Assembly (NCBI GenBank): GCA_963662615.2
Contig: CAXXSR010000001.1
Location: forward strand, 576,001 to 640,000
Direction: 5' to 3'
Length of the DNA: 64,000 nt
DNA from: Dehalococcoidia bacterium
GTDB lineage: Bacteria; Chloroflexota; Dehalococcoidia; Bin125
This document shows positions 10,005-18,888 of this stretch, piece after piece (positions within the stretch are counted from its first letter, which is position 1; each line of letters starts with the position of its first letter). The notes below the pieces were generated by a model. It did not search any database and was not told the DNA's origin. It worked only from the letters and a program-made list of their open reading frames with translations. The position numbers were made by a program, and so were the translations under genes.

Positions 10005-10260
10005 TGAACGCCCTCCTGTCGGGCTAGCGGGCCGCAGGGACGGCGCCAGCTTCGTCCGCGGGCGCGCGGCAGGTCAATCCCATTGTCCCCATTGGCACTC
10101 CGCGTCGATCCGCACCGCCGCGCTCGTCCGGCCCCAATCCGCTTGGCCCCTCTGCGGCGTAGCCTAGGTGGATATGCAGGCTCCGCGATGAGGCGCCGGG
10201 GGTCGGTGGCGCGGTAAGGGTTTGGTAACAAGTCAGCCCCAGCGCTCTGCTAGCGTACGA

Positions 10261-11619
10261 ATGATGAATCGCAAGATCATCCTTGCCCTTGCCGGGTCGC
10301 TCGTCTTCCTCGTCGCTGCTTGCGGCGACGAGGACGCCGACGGCGCGCCGGCTGTCGCTGCTGCTCCGGAGGTTGTCGAGCCCGCCGCGTCTGCCGAGGC
10401 ACCCGCCTCCGTCCAGGAGGAGCCCGAGCCCGTCGGCGAACCCGCCGAGGCAGCCGAGCCCGCGCCCGTCGTCCAACCCGCTGAGGCAGCCGAGCCGGCG
10501 CCCAGCGTCGACGCCCCGTCAGACGCGGCCACGAATGAGCCGGAGACCGTTGCGGACGAGCCGGAGCCGCCCGCGGGCAGCGAGGCCCTGGAGATCCTCG
10601 ACGTCCCCGCTGCGGAGCTCGCCGGCGTGACGGGCTGGATCAACAGCGAGCCCACCACCATCGCCGAGCTGAACGAGCAGAACCGCGTCGTCCTGATCGA
10701 CTTCTGGACCTACACCTGCGTCAACTGCATCCGCACCATGCCCTTCCTGCGGGAGTGGCACCAGAAATACGGCGAGCGCGGCCTCACCATCTTGGGCGTC
10801 CATGCGCCCGAATTCGAATTCGAAAAGGACCCCAATAACGTGCAGGATGCGGTCCAGCGCTTCGAACTCGCCTACCCCATCGTGCAAGACAACGAAATGA
10901 CGACATGGCGGGCGTTCGCGAATCAATTTTGGCCCGCCAAGTACCTCATCGGCGCCAACGGCAACCTGCGCTACCGGCACTTCGGTGAGGGCGCCTACGT
11001 GGAGACTGAAAAGCATATCCGCGCCGCCTTGGAAGACGCCGGCTGGGACGTCAGCGACATCCCCCTGGGCACCGTCGACGAGCACGCGGTCGACCCCAAC
11101 GCCATCTCCGTCACCCGCGAGCTGTACGGCGGCTACGGACGGAACTACACGCAAAACGGCATCTACGCCCGTCAGCCCGAGTACTACGAGGGCGGCGACC
11201 GCGAGCTCTTCTATGAGGACCCCTCCCCCGTCATCCACGACAACCAGTACTGGTACCTGCAGGGGCTCTGGCGCAATGAGCGTGAGGCCATTGTCCACGC
11301 CCGTGTGACCGAGGACTACGAGGACTACATCGCCCTCCGGTTCATCGCCCGCAGTGTCAACGTGGTGCTCAATCCCCTTCGCGATGAGCCGTTCGACGTC
11401 GTGGTCGAACTCGCCGGCCGCCCGCTCACCACCGCTGAGTTTGGCGCCGACGTTATCTACGACGATCAGGGCCGCAGCATCATCCGCGTCGATGAGCCGC
11501 GCATGTACGCCATCGTCGAGCTGCCGGGCGTTGGCGAACACGAGCTGAAGCTGCGCTCGAATTCGGACAACTTCGCCATGTTCGCCTTCACCTTCGGTAT
11601 CTACACCGAAGGCCCCTAG
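10261..11619 (+). CDS. Redoxin/thioredoxin-like lipoprotein (DipZ C-terminal type)
   Basis: Lipobox LVAAC; VVLIDFWTYTCVNCIRT; GVHAPEFEFEK; NQFWPAKYLI; HFGEG; C-terminal FAFTFG. Confidence 0.88.
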   Translation: MMNRKIILALAGSLVFLVAACGDEDADGAPAVAAAPEVVEPAASAEAPASVQEEPEPVGEPAEAAEPAPVVQPAEAAEPAPSVDAPSDAATNEPETVADEPEPPAGSEALEILDVPAAELAGVTGWINSEPTTIAELNEQNRVVLIDFWTYTCVNCIRTMPFLREWHQKYGERGLTILGVHAPEFEFEKDPNNVQDAVQRFELAYPIVQDNEMTTWRAFANQFWPAKYLIGANGNLRYRHFGEGAYVETEKHIRAALEDAGWDVSDIPLGTVDEHAVDPNAISVTRELYGGYGRNYTQNGIYARQPEYYEGGDRELFYEDPSPVIHDNQYWYLQGLWRNEREAIVHARVTEDYEDYIALRFIARSVNVVLNPLRDEPFDVVVELAGRPLTTAEFGADVIYDDQGRSIIRVDEPRMYAIVELPGVGEHELKLRSNSDNFAMFAFTFGIYTEGP

Positions 11620-11779
11620 CGCGCCCTCTCGCTGGCGGTCCGCGGTAGACGTCGTCTTCGTCCCGGGTTCGCACTGCGGGCGCGCGCTCAACGTGTCGAC
11701 AATCAAGATTGTGGCGCCCAGCACGGGCGTACGCTGCTGCTTGGCTGCCTTCGGGCCGGCCCAACGCGAGGAGAGTGCA

Positions 11780-12079
11780 ATGATCGTCGTCTACCTGAAA
11801 GAAGGCAGCGTGATCGAGCTGCCTGAGGGCCAATCGGTCGCGACGAGCGGCAAGGCGCTGGGCGCGCTGGGGGTCGGTAGCAACCATCTGGAGGGGGAGT
11901 CGCTGGTCGTCACCGCAAGCGACGAGTCCACCGTGGCCGCATTCGCCGTGAGCGAGGTTGCGGGCTGGACCAGGTGCGCCAACGCGATCGCCCCAAGCGA
12001 GCGCCGCTCTCTCGCCCCCGACGCCCATATCGTGACCGAGATGTCGGAGGGACCACACCTCGCGGCCTCGGCGGGCTGA
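11780..12079 (+). CDS. Hypothetical protein (99 aa)
   Basis: GAGGAG RBS; MIVVYLKEGSVIEL; no family recognised. Confidence 0.55.
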   Translation: MIVVYLKEGSVIELPEGQSVATSGKALGALGVGSNHLEGESLVVTASDESTVAAFAVSEVAGWTRCANAIAPSERRSLAPDAHIVTEMSEGPHLAASAG

Positions 12080-12167
12080 GCCCCTGAGAGCAGGCGCCGG
12101 CGCGGCTGGAGCGCCCTCCGCTCTGCGCGTTCGACCGCGCCAGGACGACTCCCCGAGGGCCGCCGCC

Positions 12168-13529
12168 TCAGTATCCCAGCGCCTTCTGGATCCGCGCCCG
12201 CTCCGCCTCCAGGTCAGCGCTGACGCTCACTGGGTACGTCGCCGCCGCCGGTTCCACCCCCAGAAGCGCCTCCCCCAGAAGTGACGGTGGCAGCTCCGCA
12301 ATCGCCTCTCGCGTTCGCTCTCGGCTCTCCTCCAACGAGGCGCCGCCGGCTGGGAGGCGCCTTCCTTCCCGCATCACCTGCGCCAGCAGCGGCCTCCCTT
12401 GGCGCGCTTCCTCCCGTAGCGCAATGGTGTCGCCCGCGGCGCGCCCGTCCTCGCTCAGTCGGAACAGCTGTTTCTTGCCCGGCAGCGTGGCCTTGTCCGT
12501 AGAGAGCTTGATCCGGCCGCGGCCTCCGTACTCCACGAGCTTGTAGACGGCGTCCAGGCTGGGCGCGTCCTGCGACACCACCACCCGCGTGCCCACGGCG
12601 AACGCGTCGATAGGCGCCCCCTCGTGCAGCAGCCGCGCGATGGCGTATTCGTCCAGGCCGCCCCCCGCCACGATCTGCACATGCCCCAGCCCCGCGGCGT
12701 CCAGCAGCGCTCGAGACTCGCGGGCTAAGCCCCTCAGGTCGCCGGAGTCCAGCCGGATGCCCTGGACGCGAAACGCCCCTCCCAACTCCGCGGCCAGCTG
12801 TATGGCCGCGCGCACACCATCGAGCGTGTCGTACGTGTCGACGAGCAGGATCGTGTCGGGGTGCTCCGCCGCGAAGGCCCGGAACGCCTCCAAATCAGAT
12901 TGATGGACCTCCACGTAGCTGTGCGCCATGGTTCCGGCCATGGGAATCCCCCAGCGCTGCCCCGCCAGCAGGTTCGACGTTGACGCAAACCCCACCAGGT
13001 AGAGCGCCCGCGCCGCCTCCACTCCCGCCTCCAACCCGTGGGCGCGACGCGAGCCGAAATCGATGACCGGCCGTCCGCCCGCCGCCTGCACAACCCGCGC
13101 TCCCTTCGACGCCACCAGCGTGCCGAAGTGGACTTGGTTGAGCACCAGCGTCTCCACCATCTGCGCCTGCGGCAGCGGCGCCACCACCTCCAGGATCGGC
13201 TCGTCCGCGAACACGGGTGTGCCCTCCGCCACGGCGTAGACATCGCCGAGGAAGCGGAACGACGCCAGCGCGTCCAGGAACGTGGGCGAGAACCGGCCCA
13301 GCGAGTCGAGCCAGTCCAGCGCCTCCGCCGAGAAGGAGAAGCGCTCCAGGTGCTCCAGCGCGGCGTCGATCCCGCAGGCGACCAGGAAGTTGCGCTGCGG
13401 CGGTAGCCGCCGCACGCTCAGGTCGAAGACGGCCTCATCTTGCAGGTCGCCGGCCAAGTACGCCTGCGCCATGGTCAGCTCGTACAGGTCCGTGAACATC
13501 GACGGATCGGTGACGCGCCTGTCGGTCAT
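12168..13529 (-). CDS. pncB: Nicotinate phosphoribosyltransferase
   Basis: TDLYELTM, DFGSRRAHG, GTMAHSY, LVDTYDT, IRLDSGD and VYKLVE motifs. Confidence 0.95.
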   Translation of the reverse strand: MTDRRVTDPSMFTDLYELTMAQAYLAGDLQDEAVFDLSVRRLPPQRNFLVACGIDAALEHLERFSFSAEALDWLDSLGRFSPTFLDALASFRFLGDVYAVAEGTPVFADEPILEVVAPLPQAQMVETLVLNQVHFGTLVASKGARVVQAAGGRPVIDFGSRRAHGLEAGVEAARALYLVGFASTSNLLAGQRWGIPMAGTMAHSYVEVHQSDLEAFRAFAAEHPDTILLVDTYDTLDGVRAAIQLAAELGGAFRVQGIRLDSGDLRGLARESRALLDAAGLGHVQIVAGGGLDEYAIARLLHEGAPIDAFAVGTRVVVSQDAPSLDAVYKLVEYGGRGRIKLSTDKATLPGKKQLFRLSEDGRAAGDTIALREEARQGRPLLAQVMREGRRLPAGGASLEESRERTREAIAELPPSLLGEALLGVEPAAATYPVSVSADLEAERARIQKALGY

Positions 13530-13605
13530 GATCCGCTCCCGCGTCCGCGGCGACGTCGGTCCTTCCTGCGGAAGGACCGCGGCCCGCCACGCTCACTCGC
13601 CACGC

Positions 13606-14190
13606 CTACTCGATCGTGACACCGGCGGCCCGCAGCGCCTCCAGGGCGCGCTCGCCGTCGCCGGGCTGCAGGTCCACGGCCCGAACGGCCTGCCCCAGTA
13701 CCACGGCCTCGAAGCCCAGGCGCACCGCGTCCAGGGCGCTCTCCTTGACGCAGTAGTCCGTGGCCAGCCCCACAATGACCAGCCGCCGGACCCCGTGTTC
13801 GTGGAGTAACGCCTCCAGCCGCGTCGACACTCGATCGCCGCTGCGTGGGTCACGAACCGAGAAGCCCGAGTAGCCGTCCTCTCCGCCCGCGCCCTTCTGC
13901 AACGCTTCGCCCTCCACGCGTAGGTCGGGGTGGAAAGCCGCGCCCCAACTGCCCTGCACGCAGTGGACCGGCCAGGGCCCGCCCTCCGTCTCAAAGTGCG
14001 CGGTGCGCTGCGGGTGCCAGTCCTGCGTGTACACGACCGGTGCGCCCGCCGCCCGCGCCGCCGCGATCTCCGCATTGATCGGCTCCACGATCTCGTCTCC
14101 GCCGCCCACCGAGAGGCTCCCTTTCGCATCGGCGAAGTCGTTCTGCACGTCGACGACGAGCAGCGCCGTCCGCGCGTCGTACCGCGTCAT
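13606..14190 (-). CDS. pncA: Nicotinamidase/pyrazinamidase
   Basis: VDVQNDF, QDWHP..HF, WPVHCV and GLATDYCV; adjacent to pncB. Confidence 0.93.
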   Translation of the reverse strand: MTRYDARTALLVVDVQNDFADAKGSLSVGGGDEIVEPINAEIAAARAAGAPVVYTQDWHPQRTAHFETEGGPWPVHCVQGSWGAAFHPDLRVEGEALQKGAGGEDGYSGFSVRDPRSGDRVSTRLEALLHEHGVRRLVIVGLATDYCVKESALDAVRLGFEAVVLGQAVRAVDLQPGDGERALEALRAAGVTIE

Positions 14191-14259
14191 GCCGCTCCCT
14201 CAGGATGCCTCGTCGCCCGCGCCGATCGCCGTCGCGAACGAGTCTATCGCTCGTCCGCA

Positions 14260-14305
14260 CCCCCTCTCCATCGCTCACCGATGGAGAGGGGGCCGGGGGG
14301 TGAGG
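14260..14305. repeat. Palindromic REP-like element, family 2 (CCCCTCTCCATCG..CGATGGAGAGGGGGCCGGGGGGTGAGG)
   Basis: Long inverted repeat; second copy at 17934-17981. Confidence 0.8.
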
Positions 14306-14351
14306 TCATCCCCCCCGGACCCGTCGCGGCCCTGTGGGTCGGTGCCTGGAA

Positions 14352-14368
14352 CTCATCGAACCGATGAG
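14352..14368 (-). promoter_or_regulatory. SECIS-like hairpin for Sec100 (lies 3' of the TAG stop)
   Basis: CTCATC-GGTTC-GATGAG, starting 12 nt after the UGA. Confidence 0.7.
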
Positions 14369-14371
14369 CCT

Positions 14372-14680
14372 CTAGTGCGCTCAAGTGGGGCCGTGGGCGT
14401 GAAGCGGATCCACCGCGACCGCGAACGAGCGCCAGAAGAGGAACCGCTTCGTCTCCAGGTGGACGCTCTTGGCGAAACGCGGCAGCCCGAACGCCACCAG
14501 GATCTCCAGCCCCTGCTGCCGCACGATCTGGTAGCGCGATGTGTTCTTGCCCTTGAGGTAGGTGTCGACCGACACCTCCGCGCGGCCGCCTCAACCGATG
14601 GGCGGAATGTAGTCCAGCGCCATCACGCCGCCGCGCCTGCGGGCCAGGTGGACGGCTTCGTCGCTCAGGGAGATCTTCAT
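14372..14680 (-). CDS. HesB/IscA-like small selenoprotein with two predicted Sec residues (U30, U100), 102 aa
   Basis: ATG 14680 reads MKISLSDEAVHLARRRGGVMALDYIPPIG-TGA(14593..14591)-GGRAEVSVDTYLKGK...HAHGPT-TGA(14383..14381)-AH-TAG. Each TGA is followed by a SECIS-like hairpin, and selA is in the window. Confidence 0.8.
14560..14577 (-). promoter_or_regulatory. SECIS-like hairpin for Sec30
   Basis: AGGTGTC-GGTC-GACACCT, starting 13 nt after the UGA. Confidence 0.75.
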
Positions 14681-14819
14681 GCGGCGTGTCTCAACGTCAC
14701 GTTTACGCTAGCACGCACACCGTCGGATGCACGGCCGTGCGCCGCCACGCCTATACTCCCCTGGCGGCTTGTGGTGGCGACGTTGCAGAGGGCGCGCGAC
14801 CTAGGGAGCGAGGATCGAC

Positions 14820-15215
14820 ATGGCGGCCGTTCGCGGGCTCGTGGAAGTGGTGCTGCTGGTCAACGACATGGAGAGGTCGCTGGCCTTCTACCGCGACGCG
14901 CTGGGCCTTGAGCTCTTCTCTCCGCCCGAGCTGCCGGGCAAGTTCCTCCGCGTCGGCGAGAGGGACGGCGTGCCCGCGCAGATCGTCCTCGTGCCTCGAC
15001 GGGGCGACGACGCCGCTCCCGCCGAGAAGGCGCAGCGCAACCTCCACCACCTCGGCCTGGAGGTGGCGCCGGAAGCGTTCGAGAGCGAGCGCGCCCGCCT
15101 GGCGGCCCTGGGCTACGAACTGCGCCCGGGCACCCACCCGTTCTTGGACGTGGAGGCGTTCTATCTGGACGACCCCGACGGCAACGAGGTCGAGATCGTC
15201 ACCCGCCCGGCCTGA
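14820..15215 (+). CDS. VOC/glyoxalase family protein
   Basis: VVLLVNDMERSLAFYRDALGL, LHHLGL and FYLDDPDGNEVEI. Confidence 0.9.
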   Translation: MAAVRGLVEVVLLVNDMERSLAFYRDALGLELFSPPELPGKFLRVGERDGVPAQIVLVPRRGDDAAPAEKAQRNLHHLGLEVAPEAFESERARLAALGYELRPGTHPFLDVEAFYLDDPDGNEVEIVTRPA

Positions 15216-15236
15216 GGGCCGGTTTACGCGATCTCG

Positions 15237-15264
15237 TTGACTGTTAACGGCCATCGCCTATCCT
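15237..15264 (+). promoter_or_regulatory. Sigma70-type promoter of the first CHRD gene
   Basis: TTGACT-N16-TATCCT; conserved in the paralogous upstream region at 16299. Confidence 0.65.
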
Positions 15265-15300
15265 CCCTTGCAGCATGGCGTCGCGCCAGAACCCTCGATC

Positions 15301-15395
15301 TCGCTCACCCTGAGCCTGTCGAGGGGTCGTCCTGAGCGTGCCTGCCCTGACCTGTCCTTCCCTCCTGGGAAGGAGCGTGCCGAAGGGGCGAACGG
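15301..15395. repeat. Nested palindromic REP-like element, family 1 (CCTGAGCCTGTCGAAGG core)
   Basis: Core repeated, with an internal TCCTTCCC-TCCT-GGGAAGGA hairpin insert; ends in GGCGAACGG. Confidence 0.85.
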
Positions 15396-15439
15396 GGGGT
15401 CCGGGCAGGAGCGGCGCCGCCTAGAGGAGGACGAGAACG

Positions 15440-16210
15440 ATGAGCATCAGCAGAAACGGAGCGCTGCCGCTCGGACTTGCGGCAGCCGTCATTGTCGCGG
15501 CCTTGGTCGCCGGGGCGATCCTGCCGGGCCGCGCGACGGCGCAGTCGACGTTCAGCGCCACGCTGAGCGGCGACGCCGAGGTGCCGGCGGTCACCACGGA
15601 CGCCAGCGGCAGCTTCACCGCCACGATCGCGGACGGGGCGCTGGACTTCAGCTTGACCTCGGACGCGACAGGGATCACCGCATCGCACATCCACTTGGGC
15701 GGGCCGGACGAGAACGGCGGCGTTGTGGCCTTCCTCTTCGGCCCAGCCGATCCCGCTGTCGATGGCGTCGAGGCCACCGGCACCATCACCGTCGACGACC
15801 TCCTGGACCCCCTGGCGGGCGATTGGGACGGCTTCGTCGCGGCGCTGAACGACGGGACCGCCTACGTCAATGTCCACACCGAGGCCAACCCGCCCGGTGA
15901 AGTGCGCGGCCAGATCGCGCCGGCGGCGGAGGCCGCGCCGGAGCCCGAGCCGCCCGCGCCCGAACCTGAGGCGCCCGCGCCGGAGCCTGAGCCGGCCGCG
16001 CCTGAACCACCGGCGCCCGCGCCGACGCCCGAACCGGCCCCCGCGCCCGAGGCGCCGGCGGCCGCCCCCGACTCACTGCCCGCGACCGGCAGCGGGGGAC
16101 TGGCGGCAGACGGCGGCGGAGCCTCCGGCTGGATCTTGGCGCTGCTTGCGGCCGGCTTCACGCTCGGTGCCGGCCTGGGCCTCCGCCGGACCCTGCGGCG
16201 GCGCGCCTGA
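15440..16210 (+). CDS. CHRD-domain surface protein with LPxTG-like sorting signal
   Basis: Signal peptide; LSGDAEVPAV, SHIHLG and YVNVHTEANPPGEVRGQI (CHRD); PEP-rich linker; LPATG + TM + RRTLRRRA. Confidence 0.9.
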   Translation: MSISRNGALPLGLAAAVIVAALVAGAILPGRATAQSTFSATLSGDAEVPAVTTDASGSFTATIADGALDFSLTSDATGITASHIHLGGPDENGGVVAFLFGPADPAVDGVEATGTITVDDLLDPLAGDWDGFVAALNDGTAYVNVHTEANPPGEVRGQIAPAAEAAPEPEPPAPEPEAPAPEPEPAAPEPPAPAPTPEPAPAPEAPAAAPDSLPATGSGGLAADGGGASGWILALLAAGFTLGAGLGLRRTLRRRA

Positions 16211-16235
16211 GCTTCCGGCCCTCGCCTGAGAACGA

Positions 16236-16269
16236 AACGGCCCCGGCGATGTCGCCGGGGCCGTTCTTC
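16236..16269 (+). terminator. Intrinsic terminator-like hairpin after the first CHRD gene
   Basis: AACGGCCCCGGCG-ATGT-CGCCGGGGCCGTT-CTTC; perfect 13-bp stem, weak U tract. Confidence 0.7.
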
Positions 16270-16298
16270 GTAGCGACGTGCGGTGTCCTCCGTCGTAG

Positions 16299-16326
16299 TT
16301 GACAAATTACGGCCGCCGCCTATCCT
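16299..16326 (+). promoter_or_regulatory. Sigma70-type promoter of the second CHRD gene
   Basis: TTGACA-N16-TATCCT. Confidence 0.7.
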
Positions 16327-16360
16327 CCCACGCGGCAAGGCGTCGCCAGAGCCCATCACC

Positions 16361-16448
16361 CCGTTCGTCCTGAGCCTGTCGAAGGGGCGAACGGGGGGCT
16401 GGAGGATGAGGTCATCCGCTCACCCTGAGCCTGCCGAAGGGCGAACGG
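16361..16448. repeat. Two family-1 REP-like units
   Basis: CCGTTCGTCCTGAGCCTGTCGAAGGGGCGAACGG (16361-16394) and CCGCTCACCCTGAGCCTGCCGAAGGGCGAACGG (16416-16448). Confidence 0.85.
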
Positions 16449-16492
16449 GGAGTCCGGGCAGGAGCGGCGCCGCCTGGGGGAGGACGAGAATA

Positions 16493-17905
16493 ATGACCAT
16501 CAGCAGAAACGGAGCGCTGCCGCTCGGACTTGCGGCAGCCGTCATTGTCGCCGCCTTGGTCGCCGGGACGATCATGCCGGGCCGCGCGGCGGCGCAGGCG
16601 ACGTTCACCGCGACGCTCAGCGGCGACGCCGAGGTGCCGGCGGTCATCACGGACGCCACCGGCAGCTTCACCGCCACCATTAGGGACGGGGCGCTGGATT
16701 ACACCCTGACCTCTGACGCGACGGGGATCACCGCAGCGCACATCCACATCGCTACGCCTTTTGAGAACGGGCCGTTCGTGGCGTTCCTCTTCGGGCCGGA
16801 AGACCCGGGGGTGGACGGCGTCGACACCAGCGGCACCATCACCGTCGACGACTTACTGGACGTCGTGGCGGGCGATTGGGACGGCTTCGTCGCGGCGTTT
16901 CACGACGGCACCGCTTACGTCAACGTCCACACTGAGGCCAACGCGGGCGGGGAAGTGCGCGGCCAGATCGTCAATGCGGCGGCGCAGGCCGACCCTGCCG
17001 CGCTCGTGGAGCAGTATCTGGCCGCTATCAGTGCCGGCGACGTCGATGCTGCCGTCGCGCTGTTCACCGACGACGTGGTCTTGGAGGGCGACGTATGCAA
17101 CCTCGATGCCTGCGTCGGCATCGACGCGGCGCGCGCCTCCACCGAGCAGGACGTCGAGGACCAGATCAACCTCACCCTCGCCAGCGCTGAGGTGATCGAC
17201 GGTACCGTGACCGGCACGGTCGAGCTCCGTTCACCCGAGCTTACGCAGTTTGGCATCGAGCGCCTCGTCTTTGCGCTCACGGCGGAGGTCAGGGACGGCA
17301 AGATCGCCCGCATCAACGCCGAACTGGACCTGACGGACTCGGAGACGGCCGAGGTTGCCGCGCTGTTTGAGCGATTCGAGGAGGAAGGGGCTGGAGCGCA
17401 GCCCGCCAGCGCCGTGGAGTTGCTGGGCCTGCTCAGTGCCGCGGGCTTCGACCCGGCGCTCCAGGAGATCGCGACGACGCGGCCCTGGATCCCGGTCTCC
17501 GCTGCCGGGGTGCTCGTCGTGGCGGGCGGCCGGGCCGAGGTCTACGAGCTTGATAGCCCCCAAGCGGTCGGGGCGGCGCTCGACCAGTTCCCCGGCTTGA
17601 CCGCCAACGTGACAATCTGGGGTAGCGGTTCGCTCATCGTGATTCTGCTCGATGCGCCGGACAGCCCGGCGGCCGAGGAGGCGCTGTTCTCGGTGCTCGG
17701 TGGGCCAGCCATCGCGACCATCGCGGGCCTCATCCCGCCCCCCGAGGTACCGGCAGAAGCGCCCGACGCGCTCCCGGACACGGGCAGCGGCGGACTGGCG
17801 GCGGACGGCGGTGGATCCTCCGGCTGGATCTGGGCGCTGCTTGCCGCTGGCCTCACGCTGGGCGCGGGGCTGGCCGTCCGCCGGACCCTGCCGCGGCGCT
17901 CCTAA
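16493..17905 (+). CDS. CHRD + SnoaL/NTF2-like surface protein with LPxTG-like sorting signal (paralog of 15440..16210)
   Basis: Near-identical signal peptide and CHRD domain; LVEQYLAAISAGDVDAAVALFTDD (SnoaL-like); LPDTG + TM + RRTLPRRS. Confidence 0.88.
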   Translation: MTISRNGALPLGLAAAVIVAALVAGTIMPGRAAAQATFTATLSGDAEVPAVITDATGSFTATIRDGALDYTLTSDATGITAAHIHIATPFENGPFVAFLFGPEDPGVDGVDTSGTITVDDLLDVVAGDWDGFVAAFHDGTAYVNVHTEANAGGEVRGQIVNAAAQADPAALVEQYLAAISAGDVDAAVALFTDDVVLEGDVCNLDACVGIDAARASTEQDVEDQINLTLASAEVIDGTVTGTVELRSPELTQFGIERLVFALTAEVRDGKIARINAELDLTDSETAEVAALFERFEEEGAGAQPASAVELLGLLSAAGFDPALQEIATTRPWIPVSAAGVLVVAGGRAEVYELDSPQAVGAALDQFPGLTANVTIWGSGSLIVILLDAPDSPAAEEALFSVLGGPAIATIAGLIPPPEVPAEAPDALPDTGSGGLAADGGGSSGWIWALLAAGLTLGAGLAVRRTLPRRS

Positions 17906-17933
17906 CGCTCAAACGGCCGAATCCTCCATCCCT

Positions 17934-18129
17934 CCCTCTCCATCATTCCGCGGAAGGATGGAGAGGGGGCCGGGGGTGAGGTCATCCGCTCACCCTGACC
18001 TGTCCTTCGCGCAGCAGAAGGAGCTTGTCGAAGGGCGAACTGGACAGTCGCCGCCCAGCCGCCGCGCCCCCCATTCGTCCTGACTTGTCCTTGACTCCTG
18101 GGAAGGAGCTTGTCGAAGGGGCGAATGGG
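17934..18129. repeat. Cluster of family-2 (17934-17981) and nested family-1 (17986-18043, 18071-18129) palindromic elements
   Basis: CCCTCTCCATC..GATGGAGAGGG and CCTGA[C(C/T)TGTCCTT..GAAGGA]GCTTGTCGAAGGG. Confidence 0.85.
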
Positions 18130-18247
18130 GACGGTCACCGCCCGGCCGCCGCGAACCAGCTTGGAAAATCTGCTACGCTGGGGGGGCAGCGCGAAGCGGC
18201 TTGCCCCTTGCGGGCGGCCGCCCGCAGCCGACGAGGAGGAGCGGATC

Positions 18248-18859
18248 ATGAGCAGTGAAGCGACCCCAGGCGACGACCTCCGCATCTCCTTCAGCGACGA
18301 CGCCGTCGCCAAGCTGCATGAAGTGATCGTAGCCTATCCCGAACCGCTGGCGGGGCTGCGGCTAAAGATCCTGGGGCGAAGCGAGGGCGGCTTCGAGCAC
18401 GTCCTCACGCTCGTGGAGGAGGGGACGGAGTCCGACGACGATCCCGTCATCGAGGTCTCCGGCCTGCGCGTCTACGTGGAGGCCGACAATGCCCAGGACC
18501 TCAAGGGCGTCTCCGTCGATTACCGCGACAAGGGTCCCAACGAGAGCGGGCTCGAGTTCAGCAATCCCAACCCGATCTGGCGCGACCCGCTCGCTCTGGA
18601 GATCCAGAACCTCTTCGACGAGTACGTGAACCCGGGCGTCGCCGCCCACGGCGGTCACGTCAGTCTCATCGACGTGCGCGACAACAAGGCCTACATCCAG
18701 CTGGGCGGCGGCTGCCAGGGCTGCGGCATGGCGGACGTCACTCTCAAGCAGGGGATCGAGGTCGCGATCAAGGAGGCGGTGCCCAGCATCGAAGAGGTCG
18801 TCGACGTGACGGACCACGGCGCCGGCGACAACCCCTACTACCAGCCGGCCAAGAAGTAG
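18248..18859 (+). CDS. nfuA: Fe-S cluster carrier NfuA (degenerate A-type domain + NifU domain)
   Basis: ISFSDDAV N-terminal domain; VNPGVAAHGGHV, GGGCQGCGMADVTLKQGIE and VDVTDH..GDNPYY. Confidence 0.9.
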   Translation: MSSEATPGDDLRISFSDDAVAKLHEVIVAYPEPLAGLRLKILGRSEGGFEHVLTLVEEGTESDDDPVIEVSGLRVYVEADNAQDLKGVSVDYRDKGPNESGLEFSNPNPIWRDPLALEIQNLFDEYVNPGVAAHGGHVSLIDVRDNKAYIQLGGGCQGCGMADVTLKQGIEVAIKEAVPSIEEVVDVTDHGAGDNPYYQPAKK

Positions 18860-18888
18860 CCGCCGCCGGCCCCAGTGCCGGAACGACC

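Noticed and set aside
12080-12170. Similarity between 12140-12170 (reverse complement) and 20666-20690 (GGCCCTCGGGGAG)
   Set aside because: The match is only about 13-20 bp of GC-rich sequence, too short to call a repeat family without a genome-wide count.
16283-16492. N-terminal extensions of the second CHRD gene (from 16283) and nfuA (from 18110) in the ORF track
   Set aside because: The extensions translate promoter or REP DNA (e.g. PFVLSLSKG). RBS position and paralog alignment support starts at 16493 and 18248.
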